Shown here one piece after another: positions 52,966-58,600 of a DNA stretch of 58,600 nucleotides. Positions within the stretch are counted from its first letter, which is position 1; every line of letters starts with the position of its first letter. The translations under genes and the position numbers were made by a program. The stretch is from IMG/VR virus record IMGVR_UViG_3300031834_000006, positions 1 to 58,600 of that record. One strand, given 5' to 3'. The notes under the pieces were generated by a model, which worked only from the letters and a program-made list of their open reading frames with translations, made no database searches and was not told where the DNA came from. The DNA comes from a virus (taxonomy: Duplodnaviria > Caudoviricetes).

Positions 52966-55230
52966 TTATTGTGCTGTCCAGTTAGTCCCATTATAAAATA
53001 CTCTAGTAACCACTGCACCGCCGCCTACAATTACGCTCATAAACGTGGGGGCCGAAGCGTCAGTTACATAAGCGCAATCCCCTTGAATCGGGTTTGCTGG
53101 CAACGTAGCAACGGTGTACGATTTAAGGCGCATCGTGCTTTGATGGATGACTGGATCAGCAAAAGTAAAGCTAGACCCAGTTCCCGTAGCATCAAATGTA
53201 ACACCTCCAGTTGCACTTACCGTAGTTTTGTAGTAGTTGGAAGCATCGTAACCAATGCGTTGCTGCTCTATTGTGGCTACAATGCTTAGTTTTGCGGATT
53301 GAGTAGTAGTGCCAATAGACACCGTTTGGGCAACGTAATCCATTGTCATTACGGTAGATGCATCAACCGTGGCTGTATTTACGACAACCGCTGGGCCGCT
53401 CAGCGATCCGTGTACACTCTCATCAGAAGCAACTGTGTTAAGGCAGAAGCGTAGTTGTCCACGCGCATAACCATTACTATTTTCTGTCGTCTTGAAAATA
53501 ATACCACCTTTTATATAACCTTTAGTGTTAGCGGCTGCGACCTGAAAACAAATACCAGAAAAAGGTGTGACTCCGTTACCACCGCCAAACCCACTTGTGT
53601 TAGTTATTTTAGCAAAACAATCTACAGCATTGCCGACAACAAGAGGTAGGTCGGCTAATGTTGCTCCGATTGCCACGCCACCACCATTCGGATTAAGTAG
53701 TACGTTGGAATTCGCATTATTTTGAATATCTCTAGCTTGTATAAATGCCTGTCCAGCCGAAAAGTTTGTTGTATTGTCGATTCCGAAGAAAAGTCTGGAT
53801 TTATATTGATTTTGCTTCTGCGGAGTTCCAATGGCAAATATACCTGAAGCCGCTAGACGTGAATCAGATGCCGCACCCTCAACGTGAAGTGTTTTTTCTG
53901 GCGCAATTAGACCAATGCCGACGCTGCCTTGTTTTAAATACAACGTGTTTACTGTTGCGCCAGTGTTCTCGCTGGTGATTGCCGCCACGTTGTTCTGAGT
54001 GATTGTAAAATTTGCGCTGGGGTTTATGTTGGCAATTACGGGGCTTGTTAATGTTTTATTGGTAAGCGTTGCAACGCCATCAATTGGCGAGTATCCACCT
54101 GCCGAATTGTTAGCAACACCTAGTGATGTTGCTACGCCAGTTCCAAGTCCCGTTATGTTTGCAACTGTGACGCTAGCAGTAGATCCGCTTGCCGCAGCGG
54201 TGATGCGTCCTTGAGCATCCACAGTGATGTCGGCGATGGTATAGGACCCCGCCGTCACTGTTGTGTTCGCCAGCGCAATCGTACCAGATGTTGTAATAGT
54301 CCCGCCACTAAGCCCATTGCCAGCGATGATGCTGGTCACGCCAGCAGCAGTTGGGTCTGCCCATGTTGCTGCACCGTCTGTCCCGCTTGAGGTCAAGACT
54401 TTGCCACTTGCTGCTGCACCATTGTAAACAGGCACAGTGCCAGTTGCGTTCGGCAGAGTAATCGTTTTGTTATTTGTTTGCGCGGTCTGAACAATCAATG
54501 TCCGTTTTTCAGTGCCTGTGGTCAGGTCTTGGCGACCTAAGATTAGCGTGTTGCCTATGAGTCTGGTTTGAGTGTTTGGTGAATTACCCCCTCGACCAAT
54601 TACCGTCGTGCTGCTGCCATCACCCCCCGCACCAATAGCGATTGACGATTCGTCGTTAGCACTTAGTGGGTTGCCTCCAATGCAAATATTATTAGAACCA
54701 GTTGTTATGTTAGAAGCAACGCCAGTACCGATGGCAATATTGCTTATCCCCGTAGTAAGATTATAAAGCGTATTTACACCGAAACCAAAATTTTCAGAAC
54801 CAGTGGTGACGCTTACAAGGGTTGATGTGCCGATTGCTACGTTTTTGCTACCAGTTGTAAGCAGTGACAGGTTTCCAGTTCCGACAGATGTATTGTATTG
54901 TCCAGTAGTCAATGCCGCAAATGGCAAAGTGGGATTGCCACCACCAATCGCTACGTTTTGGGAAACCGTAGGGTCAGACATTATAACGCTACCGCCACCT
55001 ACTTTTAGCACGCCAGTATTGCCCGTGCCTGTGTAGACTAGACCGCTGTTTGCTGCAAGCGCAGTGCCATCGCTAAATTGTACCGATCCAGCGTTTCCTG
55101 CTGGTGTGGCTCCGCCTGTTCCTGCTGGCCCTGCTGGCCCTGCTGGACCTGCTGGACCTGCTGGACCGCTTAACGAAATGGTTAAGGCTGTGCCATCAAC
55201 TACGGTAAGATTGTATTCAGAGTTAGCCAT
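52966..55230 (-). CDS. Tail fibre / receptor-binding protein 1
   Basis: Collagen-like (GPA)n; 14-residue TTGxxNxAIG beta-helix repeats; C-terminal YTVATLP...AYVTDA...YNGTNW. Confidence 0.85.
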   Translation of the reverse strand: MANSEYNLTVVDGTALTISLSGPAGPAGPAGPAGPAGTGGATPAGNAGSVQFSDGTALAANSGLVYTGTGNTGVLKVGGGSVIMSDPTVSQNVAIGGGNPTLPFAALTTGQYNTSVGTGNLSLLTTGSKNVAIGTSTLVSVTTGSENFGFGVNTLYNLTTGISNIAIGTGVASNITTGSNNICIGGNPLSANDESSIAIGAGGDGSSTTVIGRGGNSPNTQTRLIGNTLILGRQDLTTGTEKRTLIVQTAQTNNKTITLPNATGTVPVYNGAAASGKVLTSSGTDGAATWADPTAAGVTSIIAGNGLSGGTITTSGTIALANTTVTAGSYTIADITVDAQGRITAAASGSTASVTVANITGLGTGVATSLGVANNSAGGYSPIDGVATLTNKTLTSPVIANINPSANFTITQNNVAAITSENTGATVNTLYLKQGSVGIGLIAPEKTLHVEGAASDSRLAASGIFAIGTPQKQNQYKSRLFFGIDNTTNFSAGQAFIQARDIQNNANSNVLLNPNGGGVAIGATLADLPLVVGNAVDCFAKITNTSGFGGGNGVTPFSGICFQVAAANTKGYIKGGIIFKTTENSNGYARGQLRFCLNTVASDESVHGSLSGPAVVVNTATVDASTVMTMDYVAQTVSIGTTTQSAKLSIVATIEQQRIGYDASNYYKTTVSATGGVTFDATGTGSSFTFADPVIHQSTMRLKSYTVATLPANPIQGDCAYVTDASAPTFMSVIVGGGAVVTRVFYNGTNWTAQ

Positions 55231-55574
55231 TAAGTTAAGTGTGAAATATTAGCATCTACTTTAACGTCTCCGTAAAGTAACTTAAGTCGGTTACCAGCGG
55301 CATCAAACCAGAAGAAGTCCCACTTATAACGCTTGTTTGCGTCTAGTGTAAGCGTCTGCGTATCGGTTAACGCGAACTTTAAAGTGCCGTCGCCCAAAGA
55401 GGTGATCGTAAAAGCCGCAGCTAAAGGCTTGCGGTCAGCTTCGCGTATTTCTGCTTTGCCAAATGGCGCGGCAGCTGCAAGAGTGGCAGGAGCTTCCAAC
55501 GAGTCCAGAATTCGTAGCGTGAAGTTATAGTCTTCACCCTTTGGAATTGTTAAATCGTATTTGGCAGCGGACAT
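55230..55574 (-). CDS. Fibre adaptor / baseplate-upper-like protein (paralog of 50767-51120)
   Basis: AAKYDLTIPKGEDYNFTL...AEIRE...TLTL...YKWDFF...KLLYG. Confidence 0.65.
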   Translation of the reverse strand: MSAAKYDLTIPKGEDYNFTLRILDSLEAPATLAAAAPFGKAEIREADRKPLAAAFTITSLGDGTLKFALTDTQTLTLDANKRYKWDFFWFDAAGNRLKLLYGDVKVDANISHLT

Positions 55575-55622
55575 TATGGCGAGTACAATGGGTTTTTAGG
55601 GGTGTTAAGTCAAGCTTATAAG

Positions 55623-55982
55623 TTATACTTCTGGCTCTGGCTCTGGCGGCGCGACATATACAAATGCCGCGCCGTCGAACACAATGTCCGACCTGCCAGC
55701 GGTTACAGGCGCACGGGTGGAAAAACGCGAAACGGCAAGCGCGTCGAGGCTGGCGTTGACCTGCAAGCCTAACGCGGTGTTGGCTTCAAAGGTAGCGAGC
55801 GTAGCCGGAATGTCGGCGTTTAGCACAGCCAGCAAGCGGTCAGTTGGAAGGCTCCAGAACTGCGCGTTGGTGGTGGCTAGCGTCGAAGCAAGGTGGTGCG
55901 TTGCTTCGCCTGCTTGCAGGACGAGTTGTTCTTTTGCCTGCAAGTCGGCTTCGGCTTCGGTGAGTTGACGGATGATGGACAT
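55623..55982 (-). CDS. Hypothetical protein (possible fibre chaperone)
   Basis: 119 aa directly after tail fibre 2; PEPEPE tail like that of 52570-52953. Confidence 0.55.
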   Translation of the reverse strand: MSIIRQLTEAEADLQAKEQLVLQAGEATHHLASTLATTNAQFWSLPTDRLLAVLNADIPATLATFEANTALGLQVNASLDALAVSRFSTRAPVTAGRSDIVFDGAAFVYVAPPEPEPEV

Positions 55983-55988
55983 AGGGAA

Positions 55989-57074
55989 TTAACTGAGTTT
56001 GGTCGCGGTGATGTATGCTCTTTTTCTGGTGAGTGAAGCACTCGCATCTGTTACGCCTTGACAATACTCGATTGAAAGTTCTGTGCTAGCAGTGGCGATC
56101 TCGATAATTCCGGTTACCCGCCTGCTGAATGTACCGCCTGAAGTTGCCGATCTTTGTGAAGCCCCAGCGAAATTATCGGTTGCAATCGCGCTGCTTACAT
56201 GGGACGTATTGTCGTTGCCATAATTTTCAAAAGCCGTGATCTTAGCGGTTTGGCTTGTTCTCAACCCAATCGTGCATAATCCAACCGTGCCGTGGACAGA
56301 TGCGACAAAAGAATCAATTTGATAAACACCGATAGGCAGAATCACAGAGGCTACCTTTATCGGTGTATTATTAGTGGAAGAGACTTGAGGGATTGAAACA
56401 CCATTATAGAACGCTCCGTATCTGGAGTCCCCGTCTGCCAATGTGATTAGCTCCGTTGTATTGGCAGGAGTGAGTGCCGCGCTTGACCGTGGTCGTGTGC
56501 TGGACTGCTGTAGTCCGGTAAACGTCTGCGCTGAATTAACCAGCGCGACCGTGCCGCTTCCATCTGGCAGCGTGTAGGTTCTGTCCGCCGTTATCGTGTC
56601 TGGTGGGTGGATGCGTCCTGTAAAGCTGCCTCTAATCCAGCCGAACGCGCCTTTAACGCGGGCAACGAAAGATTGGTTAATGTCCGTGTCCCCAAACTTA
56701 GCGTGGTAAGTGCCTGATACGGTGGAAGCGTTTGTCCCCATTCCGCTTTCACTTTCAGCATAGAGAGCGGTACTGCTGAAACTGCTTGCAACTACGCCAG
56801 AGCCAGTTTCGGAATACGCGTATATAGCGTCAGTAGCGGCTGTAGTTGTACTACAAACCACTGCTCCCGTAAACGATGGGCTAGCAAGCGGAGCTTTAAG
56901 CGCAAGCGCATCAAACACGGCGTTGCCTGATACAGCGTTTGTACTACCGTCGGTAATGGCTTCATCTACAGTACCACCCCCACCGCCAGCACCCGCTGGC
57001 CCTACTGGACCACTTAACGAAATGGTTAAGGCTGTGCCATTAACTACGGTAAGATTGTATTCAGAGTTAGCCAT
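55989..57074 (-). CDS. Tail fibre / receptor-binding protein 2
   Basis: Shares the N-terminal MANSEYNLTVVxGTALTISLSGP with fibre 1; KAPLASPSFTG fibre motif; promoter TTGACT-N17-TACATT at 57090-57118. Confidence 0.8.
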   Translation of the reverse strand: MANSEYNLTVVNGTALTISLSGPVGPAGAGGGGGTVDEAITDGSTNAVSGNAVFDALALKAPLASPSFTGAVVCSTTTAATDAIYAYSETGSGVVASSFSSTALYAESESGMGTNASTVSGTYHAKFGDTDINQSFVARVKGAFGWIRGSFTGRIHPPDTITADRTYTLPDGSGTVALVNSAQTFTGLQQSSTRPRSSAALTPANTTELITLADGDSRYGAFYNGVSIPQVSSTNNTPIKVASVILPIGVYQIDSFVASVHGTVGLCTIGLRTSQTAKITAFENYGNDNTSHVSSAIATDNFAGASQRSATSGGTFSRRVTGIIEIATASTELSIEYCQGVTDASASLTRKRAYITATKLS

Positions 57075-57141
57075 TTAAATTAAAGTTGTAATGTACGTTT
57101 AACCAGCCAAAAAGTCAAGTTATTGTATAGCGTTTAACACA

Positions 57142-57702
57142 TTACGCTAACCAGTTAAGGATTCCTTCAGCGTATGCTTTGGCTAGTTCCTCTCTGTGTG
57201 CGCTAAAGAAATCAGAGTCTTTCCTGTTGCTGCCGAAGAACGGTTCGCAAATAACAGCAGGGCAGTGGGTCTTTAGAACAAACGTACCGCCTCGGTCGTT
57301 TTTGTTTAAAGCCTTTAAGCCTCTGTTCTTCTGTTCGGGAAACGCTTTGGCAAAACTTGCGCTGAGTTTGGATGCCAGCGTTAATCCTTTTGGGCTAACG
57401 CCGCAGTACAAGAACTCATAGCCTGTAGCCATAGAACCAGCTGAGTTGAAATGCAGCTCGACGGCTGCGTCTGCTTTGATTTCTTTAAGGTGTTCAGCTA
57501 ACCAACGCATTGCGCTGCCGTAACTTGGGCCTTCGTACAGGTCTACCAAAATAGCGTTGTGTCCCATTTGCGCCACAAGCTCGCAAACTCGTTTGGCTAA
57601 AGGCTGGTTAAACGCCCACTCCGTAACGCCGTCCACGTTCTCAGCTCCGTCATCGTTGCTGCGGCTATGTCCTACACAAATGGCTACGGTTTTTTTGTTC
57701 AC
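57142..57702 (-). CDS. N-acetylmuramoyl-L-alanine amidase (Amidase_3) endolysin
   Basis: ICVGH...E...ELHFNS...PAVICEPFFGSN zinc-amidase motifs. Confidence 0.92.
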   Translation of the reverse strand: MNKKTVAICVGHSRSNDDGAENVDGVTEWAFNQPLAKRVCELVAQMGHNAILVDLYEGPSYGSAMRWLAEHLKEIKADAAVELHFNSAGSMATGYEFLYCGVSPKGLTLASKLSASFAKAFPEQKNRGLKALNKNDRGGTFVLKTHCPAVICEPFFGSNRKDSDFFSAHREELAKAYAEGILNWLA

Positions 57703-58600
57703 GACATTCTTTGGTTTACCGCGTCTTCAAAAGACTTTGGTTCTTCGTTTTTAACTAAGGCTGGAATTAGTTTTGAAACTGTTTCAAGATACTTGTCGGC
57801 TTCTGATTTTGAATTTTCACGATCCTTAAACTGAAAGCGCATATGGTTAATTACTCTTCGACCTTCTGGCGTAAGATAGTCCGGAGTCTTTCCACTCTGA
57901 ATTAGTTTTTTGAATCCTTCTGAGTCATAACGCTTACCAGTTGCTTTAAAAGTCTCGCGCTGGAGCCTACCCAAAGAGTTTACCACTTCATCTGGCTTAG
58001 CTATATGCGTTTGCTTAATAAGATATTGTTCGCCCACTTCGCCCCCAAACTTACCACCAATTTTATTTTTTAACTCGGGCGATGGCTTAGCGTAATGATG
58101 CCCAAACTCATGTTCTGCCGTTCCAGATGTATCCGCGTAATCTTCTGTACTACCGTAGGCGTTGCCCTCAATATTCTCTTTAGCGGCTCTATACTCCTCA
58201 GAATCTTTCGGCATATTTAACCACTTTTCAAGTATAGGTGCATTTTCTTTTCTTACAGCCTGTCCTTCAGGGCCAGTAAGTGTTACCGAAGGCACTTTTA
58301 CACTTTTTTGAATGGGTGTGTAGTAGGCACTGGACCTGCTTTTTTTTTCATACGGAATTTCTTCAAACAAAGCTGGATAGCTTTCGTTAGTAAGCACTTT
58401 AAGTTTAGTGTTTTCAAACTTAGCTTTTTTTACTTCGTTGTTAAATTGTTCTCCGTAGTACGGGCTAATAAAAGAAGCTGGCGTTGCTTTACCTACGGAA
58501 TCAGCGGGGGCATTTATTTCAGCCGGAGTTTTGGTTTTAAGTTCTGGCGGAATGTCGTAAACTTTTCGTTTGGCTATTAAACGATCAATTACTCTTTGTG
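57699..58600 (-). CDS. Zincin-like (HExxH) protein, open at the window edge; continues in frame to an ATG at position 13 if circular
   Basis: Frame stays open to 58600 (QRVIDRLIAKRK...); AEHEFGHHY...PDEVVNSL motif; joining the ends gives MPTLAQRVIDR. Confidence 0.7.
   Translation of the reverse strand, partial: QRVIDRLIAKRKVYDIPPELKTKTPAEINAPADSVGKATPASFISPYYGEQFNNEVKKAKFENTKLKVLTNESYPALFEEIPYEKKSRSSAYYTPIQKSVKVPSVTLTGPEGQAVRKENAPILEKWLNMPKDSEEYRAAKENIEGNAYGSTEDYADTSGTAEHEFGHHYAKPSPELKNKIGGKFGGEVGEQYLIKQTHIAKPDEVVNSLGRLQRETFKATGKRYDSEGFKKLIQSGKTPDYLTPEGRRVINHMRFQFKDRENSKSEADKYLETVSKLIPALVKNEEPKSFEDAVNQRMS

Noticed and set aside
52966-57074. Diversity-generating retroelement or invertase-switched tail fibres
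   Set aside because: No reverse transcriptase or recombinase; the shared repeat is N-terminal, in direct orientation and lacks adenine-specific variation.

Overview
This 58.6 kb window looks like a complete, circularly permuted genome of a tailed dsDNA phage with podovirus-like organisation; one ORF reads in frame across the 58600/1 junction. The minus strand carries morphogenesis genes: portal, scaffold, major capsid, large terminase, a giant polyvalent virion protein, tail adaptor and fibres, amidase and lysozyme. The plus strand carries an early cluster of small genes (8.2-13.1 kb) and a replication block with RuvC-like resolvase, SF2 helicase, Cas4-like nuclease, PolA and primase-helicase. 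No integrase, RNA polymerase, tRNA or CRISPR array was recognised. The main finding is five type I hammerhead ribozymes (CCAC-CUGACGA-stemII-GAAA-stemIII-UC^GUGG) in the early region. Each sits about 30-40 nt in front of a small gene, so the early polycistronic transcript is predicted to cut itself into gene-sized RNAs. Other findings: a single in-frame TAG splits a conserved domain of a ~4,700-aa cassette-built virion protein; a 218-bp palindromic non-coding element is duplicated and its core box also overlaps the putative early promoter; sigma70-type promoters with leaderless or very short leaders are widespread; and scaffold, lysozyme and a zincin-like protein share a C-terminal motif. All protein calls come from motif recognition by eye, not database searches.
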